Below the pieces are notes generated by a model. The model was not told the DNA's origin. It saw only the letters and a program-made list of their open reading frames with translations, and made no database searches. From assembly GCA_964016885.1 (NCBI GenBank), contig OZ024741.1, forward strand, positions 101,804,001 through 101,868,000: 64,000 nucleotides of DNA. Direction: 5' to 3'. Positions 1 through 15,367 of the stretch are shown here, one piece after another. This stretch comes from Eledone cirrhosa. Lineage: Eukaryota. How positions within the stretch are numbered: position 1 is the first letter of the stretch; every line of letters begins with the position of its first letter. The position numbers and the translations under genes are program-made.

Positions 1-146
1 AAGGCATGCTTGCTGGGAACAGCAAGAACCCTCCGATACGTCCTGAATATCTGAGGCTGCAGGTAGTGGCTTGATATTCATTTCAACAAATTTTCCAGTT
101 AACTAACATCAATGACTGAGACTCAAATAATAATAATAATAATAAT
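1..146 (+). mobile_element. 3' end of an R4/Dong-like non-LTR retrotransposon with (TAA)n tail
   Basis: Nearly identical to 1118-1260 (...GTARTLRYVLNI*, 3'UTR) and ends in taataataataat. Confidence 0.85.
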
Positions 147-1399
<1,253 letters not shown>

Positions 1400-1839
1400 T
1401 TATTTCAAATTTTGTCGTCTCTACGCAAATGACCATGACTATAGTCGTTTCTGTTCACCTTTTTCGTCTCCAAGGATGCTTTATTCCATTCCCAACTGCT
1501 ATTTATATCGATCAACTATTAGTATGGCCATTTCCGTTGGGATGCACTCAATTCTAATTACAAATTTCCACAATGCTTTTTAAATCAACCGGTAGTTTTG
1601 TTGTTTCAATGCTCGAAGTTAAGGCAGGTTGGATTGGCAGAATTAGTGAAGTGGTGGATAGAATGCATTGGGGAATTTAGTCACGTCCCTCCACCTTTTA
1701 AGTACTAAATGATACTGGGATAAAGTTTTCCATTAATCGATTTGGAGTCAATAAAACAAAGCACCAGCTTAGTATTAAAGTTGATATACGCGACTGTTCC
1801 TTCACCCTACCAAAAATGACTGGGCATTTACCATTATTA

Positions 1840-2110
1840 TTTCGGTTCATCAAGGATGCCCCCCCCCCCCCCCCCTCGTCTCTCTTGAACATACTGACTC
1901 TAGAGCCATTACTGAAAAAGTTTGAGATACTGAGTGGCATCGTGCGCAAACTAGGACGCGGGAGGTTCATGTCGGTATATGCTGATAACGTCAACGTAGT
2001 GGTGTGGAGCACCAAACATATCAAGGTGATCGCAATATAAGAGTTAACCAGAAAAAGTTAGTGGGCCTGTGGCTCGACACCTAGAAAAGAAGGTCCATCC
2101 CATCTGACAG
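1840..2110 (+). pseudogene. Old Tx1-like LINE RT fragment
   Basis: caaggatgcccc...ILTLEPLLKKFEILSGI...SVYADNVNVVV matches QGCPLS..LTLEPLLRKLELLQGI...AYADDVTV of the 31-45 kb elements. Confidence 0.65.
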
Positions 2111-2234
2111 CATGTATGTGTGTGTGACAGCTCTCACCTTTGCAGGTTTAGCTGGCCTCCTCCAAGGTATATCTCGTTGGAGGTATCTTGGGTAATTTAA
2201 TGATAGGGACCCCAGTCCTTATAATCTCATTTCT

Positions 2235-2357
2235 ACAACTGAGTAAACTGGAGCAACGTGAAATAAAGTGTCTTGCTCAAGGAAATAACACATCACCCGG
2301 TCCGAGAATTGAACTCACAACCTTTCGATTGCAAGCCCAATGCTCTAATCACTAACA
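2235..2357 (-). mobile_element. tRNA-derived SINE fragment
   Basis: The reverse complement has a B-box-like GAGTTCAATTCT and ...ccttgagcaagacactttatttcacgttgctcc, the same family as 18205-18325. Confidence 0.7.
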
Positions 2358-2499
2358 GCATCTACAGTACTGAATCAAACAAAGACCAAGAGGGAGTGTT
2401 TGGTAACTGAATGTTGTCAAGCGCTCACAGCCCTCGGCCAGTCGAGCACTGTGATCAGTGGAAAATTTACTTTACCGTTCTATAGAGGATTACCGGCGG

Positions 2500-4030
2500 C
2501 GGTGATTTTCAGTGGCTTTATTTTTTCTGTGTGCTAGACACTTCTGTTGTGATGTCTTCCTATAGTTGTTCAGGGACTGTTTGTTGTTCTTAATCCTGTG
2601 CATAGCGATTTCTTTCTGCCCCTAATCCTGCTATGTGCTCTCCAACTTTTACTTTAGGGGTTTCATTTACCTCTATTTCGTTTCAACTAAGTTCCTGGTA
2701 GAATCGTTTTGGGTAGGATTAAAATTATTGGTTTTGTTAAACAAACTGTTGGCGTTTTTTATATCTCCGGATTTTTTGTGTCTTTGCAAGTATTTGTTGT
2801 TCTTAGTTTCAGTGATTTCTTTTTCTGTTATATTATATTTTCATTTTCTTCCCTTTTGCTAGTTGTGTTTTCTTTTCTATTTTATTTACGATTGAGGGGT
2901 CTTTCCTTTTATTTTCTATCTTTTTTGTAACCCTAATTTCCATGTTTGTGTGGGTTTTTATTCTTGTTTGTGTAGATCTAAATGGGTACCCACTTTCCTT
3001 TGTAGCAACTTTGGCTGCTGCATATATTATGTTATTTAGCCTTGTGATACCAATGTTTTTGTTTGTGTTAAGTCTACAATGGCCAGGTTAGCATTTTTTA
3101 TAATTGTTGCTATTTCATCATTGATTTTTATCTCCCACAGGGAGATCTATTATTTGTAATTTTTAGATTATTTCCATCTTTATCCTATTGTGGTCCTTAT
3201 ATCCGCCATCTAGGTTTCATATACTTACAGTTTCCTCCTCATATTTCCTTTCGTTTGTATTTTTGATTGTGTTTTTTTCTGAATCGGCTTTGGACAGTAT
3301 TCTGTACGTCTTTAAGGTTAGAGTTTGTTGTGTTTTGCTGTTTTGAATATGTTAGTTCTATTTTCATGGTTTAAATTTTCAATATTTTACTTTTATCTTC
3401 GTTAGTTGTTTTGTGTTCGTTATTAGAGTATTCGCACTGCATTCTCTCCTTTAGATGCTCTATTTCAATTTCTGATATTTGTTTTTGTTTTTAATCTACA
3501 TCTTCTTATGTTCGCTAGTTTGCAGGGGGTCGAGTTTTAAATCAGGGTGTGGGTTATTTTTCTCCCAGATTTTATGTGTTATGTTTTCATGTTTGGGTAC
3601 AGCATTGCTGTAAAATATGCATATAGGATAGAAACATATTCCTCCCGTTTCCATTTGTGTCTTTTCGATTTTATTTGTAGCACTTGAGGAATAAAGTCCG
3701 GCCCTTTATTTAGAATATTATTATTTTTGTCAGGCACCGGTAATTTTGTTTTCATGTTTTCTATGCGCACCTCCGTATTTTTATTCACTTTCTGTAGAAT
3801 TATATGGTGTTTATTTGTTTCATTTTGTGTTCGCTGTTGATTTCTTTGCCCCTTTGGATTTATTGTTGTTCTATTTATTATTATTAAGCCTTCTGCATGT
3901 TATGACTTTTCCTACTGGCTGCGTCTTTCGCATGTGTATCTCAACAAAGATATTAGAGATGAGCTGCACATAAAATATATTTTTGTAGGGTTTGCTTATT
4001 CCTCTTCGTTTTCTTGATAGATTCACTTTT
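2500..4030 (-). pseudogene. Decayed N-terminal part of an R4/Dong-like LINE ORF
   Basis: Minus-strand peptides RHKWKREEYVSILYAY, KLANIRR..ISEIEIEHL, ITRLNNIIYAAAKV and WKLGLQKKIENKRKD resemble the R4/Dong N-terminal region. Many stops and frameshifts. Confidence 0.55.
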
Positions 4031-4057
4031 GTTTTGACGATGTTAATAGATTAAAGA

Positions 4058-4502
4058 ACCAGTAATACACTGGAATAATTGTTGGCCTTGTGCCAAAAGT
4101 AGAAACATTTATCATTTGGATTGGCAGTATCGGGAGAGGGTTGGACGCCATGCTTTGCAGCATGGAGTTATGGGCCTTTACGATCTGAGTTCAAATCCCA
4201 CCGAGGTTAACTTTGCTTTTCATCCTTACGGGGTCGATAAAATAAAGTACCAGTAATGCACTGGGATAATTGCTGGCCTTGTGCCAAAAGTAGAAACAAT
4301 TATTATTAAACAGTGGATTGGCAGTATCGGTAGAGGGTCGGACGCCATGCTTTGCAGCAAAGAGTTACGGCCCTTTATGGTCTGAGTTCAAATCCCGCCG
4401 AGGTTAACTTTGCCTTTCATCCTTACGGGGTCGATGAAATAAAGTACCAGTAATACACTGGGATAATTGCTGGCCTTGTGCCAAAAGTAGAAACAATTAT
4501 TA
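4058..4502 (+). mobile_element. Tandem array of ~2.3 tRNA-derived SINE copies (octopus OK-like)
   Basis: Units of about 195 bp: ttggcagtatcgg...gagttcaaatcccgccgagg...gcctttcatccttacggggtcgataaaataaagtaccagt...ggccttgtgccaaaagtagaaac. Confidence 0.8.
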
Positions 4503-4995
4503 AATGAAAAAGAAATGTCATCTCTGATGGAGACGAAGCGAGAGTGTATTTGAATAGATATAAAAATAAGAAAACACATCGCTAGAAGAGACGTTAAAAC
4601 AGTGAAATGTTGTGAAAGACAGCGATGGGCAAAAATGCCTGAGAGGGAAGAGACAAGCTAGCCAGTGGTCAACAGAGAGACAATATACAAGGTGGGTGAC
4701 AGGCAGATGAAATATAGAAAAGATTGAAAGGAAGAGGAGGACAAGGAGAAGTGTGTTGGCGCACAGAAGTGAAGCTTGAGGTCCACTATCCCATTATTTC
4801 CCCTTTCTTTGTTTTCTTTCGTCCTTCTATCTGAGCTGTTTGTTTTATCACATACATATCATACCAACAGAAAAATTTATTTTTCTGTTGTAGGACCCAG
4901 CATTTAAAAATGGTACTCTCAATTAACTCGTGCGAAACCATTTTGTTTAAAGTGAAATGTTTGGATGAATTAAATTCTTATTAACATCGGAGCGG

Positions 4996-5210
4996 TGGAT
5001 TGGCAGTATTGGTAGAGCGTCGAACAACATGCTTTGTGTCATAGAGTTACGGCTATTTAAGATTTGAGTTCAAATCCCGCCAAAGTTAGTTTTGCCTTTC
5101 ACCCTTACGGGGTCGATAAATAAAGCACCAGTAATACACTGAGGTCGATTTAATCGACTTTTTCCCCCCTTCAAATTGTTGGCCTTGTTCCTAAAGTAGA
5201 AACAATTACT
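4996..5210 (+). mobile_element. tRNA-derived SINE (same family)
   Basis: Same A/B-box head and GGGGTCGATAAA core. Further copies at 6505-6595, 7125-7305, 21665-21825 (+) and 13956-14035, 28131-28350 (-). Confidence 0.8.
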
Positions 5211-5327
5211 ATTATTTTGTTCGTTCGTTTGTCTACACGTGTTTCACATAGCTCCTGTAAGTTTGTTATTATTTCTATTGTTACATAAAGTTTTATATTG
5301 TGATAGTTTCTAGAAGAGATTACAGAC

Positions 5328-5570
5328 TCCTGAAGACGGCCACAAGTCTAAAAGTAACACCTTCGCTAATGCTCATGCCCAGGAACACCAACTTATCACC
5401 CGGGTCTAAGAAGATCGTCCGTACCTCGAGATCCGGGCCTTTCTTAAACATCACTGCCACCCATCTCCCATTCCAGACCGACTAAAAGATGCGTAGATCT
5501 CAAAGTCTTCAAGAATGAGTGCGCGTGTCGTAGATCCTGGTCTCGCTGACGGCAGTCACACCCATTGTCT
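5328..5570 (-). pseudogene. Tx1-like APE endonuclease fragment
   Basis: The reverse complement (gactttgagatctacgcatc...agacttgtggccgt) aligns by eye to 39590-39775. Confidence 0.6.
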
Positions 5571-5599
5571 TCAAACCTCCCCATTTTAGCAACTGGAAT

Positions 5600-7556
5600 G
5601 ATTTTTAATTTCGATGCCCTTCAGTATTTAGGGAAAAATTTCCTTACAAGCTTTTCTGCTCATATTGTTTTCTAGTTTTGAAGATTTCACGTTTTTACTT
5701 TCTCTTTACATCTCTTCTCGTATTGCTACAAAGAGTACCTCTTCATTATCAGCAACATACTTCTTCAAGCTGTCCACCTGTATTTTCACACAGCCTTCTT
5801 ATCAGCTCTCGTCCTCCCTCTTTTCTGTTAAACTATAGTCTGCCGACATTTGCCTGTGTGTGTACAGCCCTCTATACGGTCATCAAATTTCTTGTTTTTC
5901 TATCTAAATTTTCCAGTGATTTTCTGATCCATTTTATTATTCCTTCATGGCACTGATGGTATTTATGCTGCTGAGTTTGAATTTTAATGATTTCTTTACC
6001 CTTCGCAGATAATCTTGATTTCGTTGCTTTATCAATCCATCCTTTACACCATCAGCCCCCCCCCCCCCTCGATATTTATATTTTCATCTGTGTCAATCTT
6101 TTGGATTTTCTATTCGTTTCGTAAATTCATTCCGTCACGTTGATTGTATTTGCTTCTCTTCACCACAAGGATTCCACATTTGGAAATACTAAACTCTATT
6201 TTTATGTCATCACTAAATATTTTCACTGAGATGACAAGCAATTCTACTTCACTCTCATTCTTGCCATATAACATTAGATCATGTATGAACAGCAAACGGT
6301 TAACTTTCTTCCAATCTTTACCTAAATCATAACGGACCTTTATTTTCCTTAATTCTAGCAATGAGGAGATGAGAGCTATGAGAAAAAATAGGGGGTGATA
6401 AACAATTCCTCAACCTATTTTGACTCCTACAAGTGAGTGTCCTCTTGCTGTTAGTTCTGTTCTCTACACCACCATGCCTACTTTTATCAGTTCATTAATG
6501 TTATCTTTGCCTTTCATCCTTACGGGGACGATAAAATAAAGTACCAGTAATGCACTGGGTAATTGCTGGCCTTGTACCAAAAGTAGAAACAATTAATGTT
6601 ATCTGCAATTCTGAACATCATCAAAATTCAAGAATAGGGGACCATATCATATGCTTATTTTTGTAATCGACCGACCCTATTGCGAACCCAGTTTTTCTTC
6701 TCTTGCAATTTCTTATCAATTTTGTAAATATCAGTGTCATGTCAACTAACATCTGGTTTTTGTTGCTTTTGAACTTCTTGAACACCCTTTCTCTCTAGTA
6801 TGGTGTATATTTTATTCCTCTAGTTGGGCATTGATACTTTCTGCTAACGTACAAGTTAACAGTTTTTATAATAGAAGGATACAAGTTATTGGACTGTAGT
6901 TTGAGACCTCAGACTCTTTGTCCTTCATGATCAGGGTTGTTCTGCCCTTAGTCATCTATTTAAGGATACTCCGCTCTACAGACTTGCAGTTCATGAGCTT
7001 GCCAACACTTGCATTGATGTTTTAATGTTCTTCAACCAGAACCGTTGCAGGCCGCCTAGGGGATTCAAATTAGATAGTTTTTGCAGTTTGTTTTGCAATA
7101 AGATCCAGTGTTATTATAAGGTCGGTGAATTGGCAGCATCGGTAGAGGGTCGGACATGCTTTCCAGCATAGTTACGTCCCTTTACGATCTGAGTTCAAAT
7201 CTCCCCGCGGTTAACTTTGCTTTTTATCCATACGAGGTCGATAAAATAAAGTACCAGTAATGTACTGTGTAATTGCTGGCCTTGTGCCAACAGTAGAAAC
7301 AATTTTTATACTACTGTTTTACTTGCCTCAATTCTTTTTCTATTTCTATCCACTTCGCCTCCTCGTTGTGGCGAACTTTATTGCACCAAAACTTTTGCTG
7401 CTCTCTGTGCCTGGTACTCTATTGTTGTGTCTACTCCCACCAGTTTCTCAAACAATCTCTTCTGATTCTAGAACAAACTGTTCTGTTGGAACTGTTCTCT
7501 TCTGCTCTTCTACCGTTGTCTTCACGCATATCATCATTCCCCACTTTTGCACATTA
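5600..7556 (-). pseudogene. Decayed R4/Dong-like LINE, RT region, interrupted by two SINEs
   Basis: ORF 6110-6361 reads NRLLFIHDLMLY...VKIFSDDIKIEFSISKC (cf. HLLxMDDLKLY...FSxDIxMxFGxxKC). Bounded by (TTC)n at 7557-7625. Confidence 0.65.
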
Positions 7557-7625
7557 GATTTCTTCTTCTTCTTCTTCTTCTTCTTCTTCTTCTTCTTCTT
7601 CTTCTTCTTCTTCTTCTTCTTCTTC
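7557..7625. repeat. (TTC)n microsatellite
   Basis: Direct reading. Confidence 0.95.
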
Positions 7626-8023
7626 AACGGATTGACAGAATCGTTAGGGAATCAGACCAAATTAGAAAGAGATATGTGAGCGGATAGAGGTGAGAGAGTA
7701 AGTGGTAGCCATGGTAGGTTGTTGTCAAATGACATGGTGACAATTGTAGTCGAATTGGCCACATCCAGCTCTGGTGCAATCAAAACTGGACCACCAAATG
7801 AGAAGGTAACCGCTATTTGCTTCGCCTTTTACAGGCAAGAGCGACATTATGCTTTGTTTGGTAAATTGGGGAGAATTACCAAGAAAATTTGAAAATGTTA
7901 TTACGTAAAATAAAGATATAACCGTTGTTTTGTATAAAAACAAAAATACTAATGTACGATTTTGCTACATATATATGGGTATACATACATACCGACGTAC
8001 GCACACACACACATATACATACA

Positions 8024-8076
<53 letters not shown>

Positions 8077-8253
8077 GCATACATATAAACGTACACATTC
8101 ATATGATAAATTTGTTTACTGATCCTTGTTTGATTCCACACAGTATAGGCTTAAAGGAAGACTTCCTTCTTTTCACAGTAAACAAGCTTCGAGGCATTAA
8201 TTGGCGATATATATGTACAGTATATATAAATAAATAAATAAATAAATAAATAA

Positions 8254-8297
<44 letters not shown>

Positions 8298-8410
8298 AAG
8301 GTGTACATTCATAAATATATAAATACAAATGTTCACACAAACATTATATGCAGTCATATATAAACACATAGAGCGTGCACTCACACATCTATACGTATGT
8401 AATCAAACGT

Positions 8411-8481
<71 letters not shown>

Positions 8482-9154
8482 ATTTATTTGTTTATTGATC
8501 CTCGTTTGACTCCACTCAGTATAGACATAAAGGAAGTCTTCCTTGTATTCACAGTAAAGAAGCTCCAGGCATTAATTTGGGATATATATTTTGTATATGT
8601 ATATATATTAATATATTATACACGAGATGACACAGCTTTGTTGTTGTTCTTCGGCTATTGCACGCAGAAGTTGTTTTCTCATCAGAATATATCATCACAA
8701 TTATATCACAACCAATTTGAATATATATATATATTATATATGTATGTATACACATACACGCATATATATATATATATATATATAAATATATGTATGTGTA
8801 TGTATGTATATATATGCATAAATACGAATGTATATAATTTAATTCACCGTAATCATTTGAATGTAACTGTGCTACGAGTTGCGAATTATAACGACGTATA
8901 CTCGAGGAAAATATGGATTATATTTGTGGTATGTTAATTTATTTTCTTTTTTTTAAATTAACGAACAACATGATCTACACCTAGTATTAGCCTGAATACA
9001 AGTAGCATGTAATATTCTAATATTCGGATATTTGTTCCAATGTACTCCCAGTGAGCGCCGTCGGTTGCGGAAACCAGGATTATGTACGCAGACAAGTCTG
9101 TGATGTGTTCTTCAGACATTCGCATACCAATCTCTATCTATCTATCTATGTATT

Positions 9155-9742
9155 AAACAACCCATTTGTGGCGCCTCCCCCCTATTGGGGATTTCGATTG
9201 TTATATTTGTTTGTTTCATATGTTTACACGATTGTATGTAAAATCCCCGGCATGTGTCTTTGTTTTGTCCCCTTTTCTTGTGCGCGCCCTTGTGGCTAAT
9301 AAAGAAATCTATCTATCTATCTATCTATCTATATATCTATCTATCTATCTATCTATCTATCCACCCATCTGTCTATCTGTCAAATATCATTTTAGAAGAA
9401 GAATCAGAGTGGAGAGAGAGGTGCTGCACCACAGCAAATTTTACGAAAGGTGGGTGAATGTGGCAAGGATGGCCCGAGTGGTTGGGCCTTCTCTTTATAT
9501 AAGCCTGTAGGTCGAGGAAGAAGAGGAAGAGAGGAGAGGAGTGCTCGCTCTTCGTGCTCCTGAAGATGAGGGTTGTACATTTTTTTCGGGGCGTGTGGAA
9601 CCCATTTGTAACGCCCCTTCCCCCTATTGGGGATTTCGTTTATTTTATTGATAATTTTTGTTATAAATTTTTACACACCTTGTATGTAAACTCCCCAATT
9701 GTATTTGTCCCCATCTTTTGTGCCCTTGTGGCAAATAAAGAC

Positions 9743-9836
<94 letters not shown>

Positions 9837-9841
9837 CTATT
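9155..9841 (+). mobile_element. Two short 3' ends of Tx1-like LINEs, each ending AATAAA + (TATC)n
   Basis: 9155-9360 matches the 3'UTR at 42850-43040. 9381-9841 encodes KYHFRRRIRVEREVLH...GPSLYISL* followed by a 3'UTR. Both are flanked by TATC repeats. Confidence 0.85.
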
Positions 9842-9967
9842 GATTGTCTGTACGTCTCTCTCTCTCACTATCAAGTACAAGGTTTGAAAGATTTTGGGGT
9901 CGATATGATCGATTAAGTATCAAATAGCGCTGCCCCAGCATGACTAGTCTAGTGATTGAAACCAGTT

Positions 9968-10003
<36 letters not shown>

Positions 10004-10019
10004 ACACAAACATACACAA

Positions 10020-10116
<97 letters not shown>

Positions 10117-10236
10117 AGGTGCATTCAGGAAGTTTTGATACTTCTTCAGGAGAGACATATATTAATTTCAAAGAAGTAAAAAATTCTAATCTATTTCTTT
10201 TTTTCGCACCTATTGATATTTTCTACACACACAGAT

Positions 10237-10368
<132 letters not shown>

Positions 10369-10417
10369 AACCCCCCCCCCCCATATATATATATATACAT
10401 ACATACATATATATACT

Positions 10418-10536
10418 TAGAATAGAATAAAGATTTAGCTTCGAACATAGCTGTATACAAATATGTATTTGAATTTGAATTTGAAATACATATTTGTATA
10501 CAGCTATGTTCGAAACTAAATCCTATTTCTATTCTA
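10418..10536. repeat. Fold-back inverted repeat (~50-bp arms)
   Basis: tttagcttcgaacatagctgtatacaaatatgtattt / aaatacatatttgtatacagctatgttcgaaactaaa. Confidence 0.85.
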
Positions 10537-10659
10537 TTAAAAGTTGAGCCAATTTATACAGTTTCATATGCAAATGAGATTAATCAACTCATTTACACAG
10601 ACGAAAAACTATATATTTTCGCCTGTTTTCAATGTCCGGCAGTTGCAAGAGCGGGAGAG

Positions 10660-10703
10660 ATCGTCCTGACGAGAACCAGTCGAGTTCGAAATGCATCGAC
10701 GAT
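10660..10703 (+). ncRNA. Minimal type I hammerhead ribozyme
   Basis: AUCGUC-CUGACGA-GAAC(caguc ga)GUUC-GAAA-UGCA-UC-GACGAU. Stems I and II pair, the core is intact and stem III is palindromic. Confidence 0.85.
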
Positions 10704-10825
10704 TGTCCCCCTTGTCTCTGCCGGACACCGCCTGAGGGCGTTAGCTACCTGCGTGTTATACATAGCTACGGCTTTCTAAATGTTTATTTATAAACACAGT
10801 ATTTCTTTAGAAATGCGAAATTCAA

Positions 10826-10898
<73 letters not shown>

Positions 10899-12571
10899 AA
10901 GATTGAAGAATAACATGGTCGGCTGTACAAAAAGGTTTTATTTCTAGTTAATACTAGAAATAAAATATTTATTAAAATAACATATATGGATCTGCACCTA
11001 GAAAGTATCTCTCTAAGGTGCCGGTTTGGGCAAGGATTTTTATTGTCTCCCATGCATGAAAGTCTTTCCCCTCCACACACCCGAGGAAAATAATGGGTGA
11101 TATTGTTGGCACCAGTGACGTATGAAGCGTCGATAAGAGTTGGATCAGATAGCATAAGTCATTTTGTCCTAGACTTTAACGATTCTGCCAATTCGCCACC
11201 TCTCCGGCAAATATTCAATATCAATTACATTCATTTAAGTTTTGCAATAATTCAGGGCTACCATAACGCTTTACATGGAATTTGTAATCTATCTATCTCT
11301 ATATATATAAATAGTAATAAAGAATGTGTTGAATATCATAGAATTTTCAACCCAATCCAAGATCTAATGAAATTTATCCCCCCGTTCTACAAAATCATTA
11401 ATCATTAATCTAATATTTTGTCGTTTAACTTTCAATTCCCCATGTAATAACCAAAATAAATCTATTTAAAATCCTTCCATTACTCAGTTTCGTCTTGATT
11501 CATTTGAGAGCCGATTAGAAGAATTTAAATCTAAATCTTGAAGTTAATTTATTCCTGGACTAACATTTCGAGATTTCGATATTTCATGACAACAGATGCT
11601 GGAATAGCTTTAAAAAAATTGTATTGTGCTTTGTGAACAAATTGCTAACGGGTTTCCGATGAGTCAATTAATGGTTCACTACGTTCCTGACTGTGAGAGA
11701 CAGAAGAAGTGCCAAGACATTAAAATTAGTATTTTTAGAGGCTACCGATTATAATGATAATTATTTATTAGAAAATACACCCATACCTTACTTAACGACC
11801 GCCTCGTTTAACAACCCATCCCACTTACAACTGGACATTTTTTGTGCACTCATATTTTATTCGTTATATCATTTATTATTTTACTAGTTTCAACCATTAG
11901 GCTGAGGCACCGCCATGAATTAGTCGATAATATTGACAACAGTATTATTTTTTGCAGTCTTATTTTATCAATTCTCGCTTTTGCCAAAGTTACAGGGGAC
12001 ATATTCATAGATATGGAAGCCCACCCAAATATCTACCTATCTATCTATTTATCTAATCCACTATTTCTCCCCCCCCCCTCTCTCTCTTTCTCTCTCTCTC
12101 TCTCTATATATATATACTTACGGTGAACATTGATGCAATTCAATTCAAGCACTTTACGTACTTTTCCAACATAGGAATGACGGAGTATATTTAGATTAAG
12201 AAAATGATGCGAAGTAGTTGCAGATGTTAAAGTCCTTTATTAACAAGGTTGTGATACATATTTCAATGACGACAGTGGCCACGTGATTCCGCTTAACCAG
12301 TGCCATGATCTCACCAGACAGCTCTGTTACATAATAAGGTTACGTTCTCGAGGCAATCCAAATTAAAACGACAAGGGAACGGACAAAGATTATGTTTTTG
12401 AACCCTTCGCTTCAAAATTATTGTATTTTACAGAATTTAAAGGTTTATTAGGAACTTTTAATCTTTATTTTAGGTTTTGCTGTCTGAAGAGGATATCTAA
12501 ACTGATAGTCCTCAGTGAAATATGTATAACGGAGTTTTAAATAAACCGGAATTAACTGAATATGACCTCCG

Positions 12572-12609
<38 letters not shown>

Positions 12610-12637
12610 ATCAAAAGATGGTTAAAAGAGTTCCATG

Positions 12638-12708
12638 TATTTTATTATGCGCATTTCAAAAACAAATATCATTATGCAATAACATTTGTGTTTTCATCAG
12701 ATAAAATA
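12638..12708 (-). ncRNA. Type I hammerhead ribozyme (copy 1 of a dispersed repeat, 12604-12770)
   Basis: UAUUUUAU-CUGAUGA-long stem II-GAAA-UGCGCA-UA-AUAAAAUA. Confidence 0.8.
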
Positions 12709-12867
12709 GGAAGACATGATATGAAGGTTAAAAAACACTTGTGAATAGTGCAGTTTTAAATCAACATATATATATATATATATATTGAGTATATGTTGGT
12801 TGTTTACCGACACCTCAGTATGCATATTGGAGCACTCGACGAAGTACGTTTGTTTACTCCGGAGTAA

Positions 12868-13189
12868 TGTAATTAAGTCAAATATGTAAAATTTGGCTTT
12901 GTTTATTATAAATTATAGATATACTACTATATATATTTCGGTGACAGCCATCATTGGTTGTGACCTCTTCAGGCAGTCCGAATTGGTGTAGGGAAGACAG
13001 GTACACATGTTGTTGAAGTGTGTTTTACTCCGTCAATACACACTTCAACAACATGTGTACCTGTCTTCCCTACACCAATTCGGACTTCCTGAAGAGGTCA
13101 CAGCCAATGATGGCTGTCACCGAAATATATATAGCAGTATATCTATAATTTATAATAAACGAAGCCAAATTTTACATATTTTACTTAAT

Positions 13190-13192
<3 letters not shown>
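12868..13192. mobile_element. Palindromic PLE-type terminal-repeat remnant with a hammerhead in each arm
   Basis: Arms of about 155 bp. Hammerheads at 13084-13138 (+) and 12923-12977 (-): CUGAAGA-GGUCACAGCCA(auga)UGGCUGUCACC-GAAA-UAUAUA-UA-GCAGU. Confidence 0.75.
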
Positions 13193-13226
<34 letters not shown>

Positions 13227-13257
13227 CATGTGTGTGTGTGTATATGTGTATATGTAT

Positions 13258-13360
<103 letters not shown>

Positions 13361-13364
13361 AACT

Positions 13365-13500
13365 GAGCTTCCACATGCTTTTCGTCTATCAAAATTCACT
13401 CACAGACATTGGTCAGCCCGAGTCTATAGTTTAAGGCCTTACCCAACGTGCGACTAATCTCCGAAATCACGTTGTTGCGAAATCACGTAGCCGCGCCTGT
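13365..13500 (-). mobile_element. Degenerate SINE (second family); a related fragment lies on + at ~14330-14480
   Basis: cgtctatcaaaattcactcacagacattggtcagcccgagtctatag; the + fragment has a B-box GGTTCGATCCC. Confidence 0.45.
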
Positions 13501-13606
13501 GTTTGAGTTCCGCGTATAAAGATACCCAACAAGTCCATCAAAATGCAAAAGTTGGTCTATCGCGGAGCAATGTTCTATATTAACCAAAAGAAATAATGTG
13601 TGCGAG

Positions 13607-13641
<35 letters not shown>

Positions 13642-14991
13642 GTTTGATTTGCCATATAATAGGTATCTGACCCGAACCAAATAATATTCAACGCCATTTT
13701 CAAACTTTTACATCCAAATTGTGATTGAGATAGTCATCTGAAATCTGTATTAATTTGTATATTTTCAAACTTCAGTGTGAGTATCCTCATCACGCAGTCA
13801 TATATGATGACATTCAAAACGTCTGATCTACATGTTTTCCTTCGGGGGCGACTTCCAGATATTTGATAATTTATGACTTGTCACGCGATTGCTTTTTCTT
13901 TTGTTGCTACCATTTTCTGAGCTGGCAATCCAGAGTATGTAAATTATGTAAATAATTGTTTCTACTTTAGGCACAAGGCCAGCAATTACCCAGTGCATTA
14001 CTGGTACTTTATTTTATCGACCCCGTAAGGATGTAAATAATGTTGGCGAGTTGTCTCCCGCGGTTAATCTGCCCACGTGCTAGCTGTCATAGCACTAGAT
14101 TTTAAAATCGCATTCAAATTATTATACGTAGAGATTATTGAATTCTGATAAGTATCAACAAGATGTTTGCTATCAAATATATGGTCACACTTTAGAAGTA
14201 CATATTTGTTTGAAGCATTTTTTCTCGCGTGAATCTTATTCAATCTAAAAATCGAAGAGTAATCATTAACAAATGTTAGAAAAGCTGAGTGTGTATAACT
14301 ATTATGAATGATGAACTGTATTGTGGACACAATACGGCGTTTCGTAATTATAAAGTCTCAGGTTCGATCCCACTGTGTGGCATCTTGAGTAAGTGTCTTT
14401 ACTATAACTTCTAGTCGACGTCTTGTAAGTTGGTAGACAGAAACTGCTTGGAAGCCAGTTGGATGGATTGTATCCGTAAATCAAGGGACTAGCCTTGTCA
14501 AACACTTTCACTGATCCTTCTTGAGGTTTATGTTTAGAGTATACGTGGACTGCTCAGCCACTTACACATTAATTTCACGAACAGCCAGTCCCATTTATCG
14601 AACAAATAGAAAATTTATCGTCGAAACTTACTGAAGGCCACTCCATTCCATGAACCTGATGACGTCAAATCACATGGGGTGCATAGTGTCAAGTTTTATA
14701 TTGAATCCCATAAAATAATTACTATTTTCTAAAGACGTGTTTACTACACCCCTTCGGTTTTCAATTAACCTCCCCATCCCCAAAACAACATAGGAACAAA
14801 ACATAACAGCATAGGAACAAAACATAACAAAAACGCACAACAAGCAGTGGCGATTTCTGTGAAAGAGTGAATCTAGTGTAGTATGTATCTATCTAGTGGA
14901 TATAGATGAGTAGGTTTATGGAATATATCGTGGATAACTTTGGTTTGATGTCGGATTGTTTACGTTTATGTTAAGGCAATTAAGTGTCACA

Positions 14992-15026
<35 letters not shown>

Positions 15027-15135
15027 CCATTCACACAGACATTCACACAGACATTCACACAGACATTCACACCCATATACACAAGCACACACACACGCAC
15101 AGACACACACATACATATACACGCACAAGCACACA

Positions 15136-15198
<63 letters not shown>

Positions 15199-15264
15199 TC
15201 ACACAGACATTCACACCCATATACACAAGCACACACACACGCACAGGCACACACACACATATAT

Positions 15265-15367
<103 letters not shown>

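Noticed and set aside
4058-4502. Regularly spaced repeats resembling a CRISPR array
   Set aside because: The units are whole ~195-bp SINE copies without unique spacers. The context is eukaryotic and there are no cas genes.
8108-8590. Diverged ~100-bp direct repeat (8108-8212 / 8486-8590) as possible duplicated exons
   Set aside because: There is a ttcacag acceptor-like motif but no convincing donor or conserved reading frame. More likely a local duplication between microsatellites.
12476-12535. Hammerhead-like CUGAAGA-GGAUAUC..GAUAGUCC..GAAA
   Set aside because: Extra bases lie between stem II and GAAA, and stem I pairs poorly. It is too degenerate to call.
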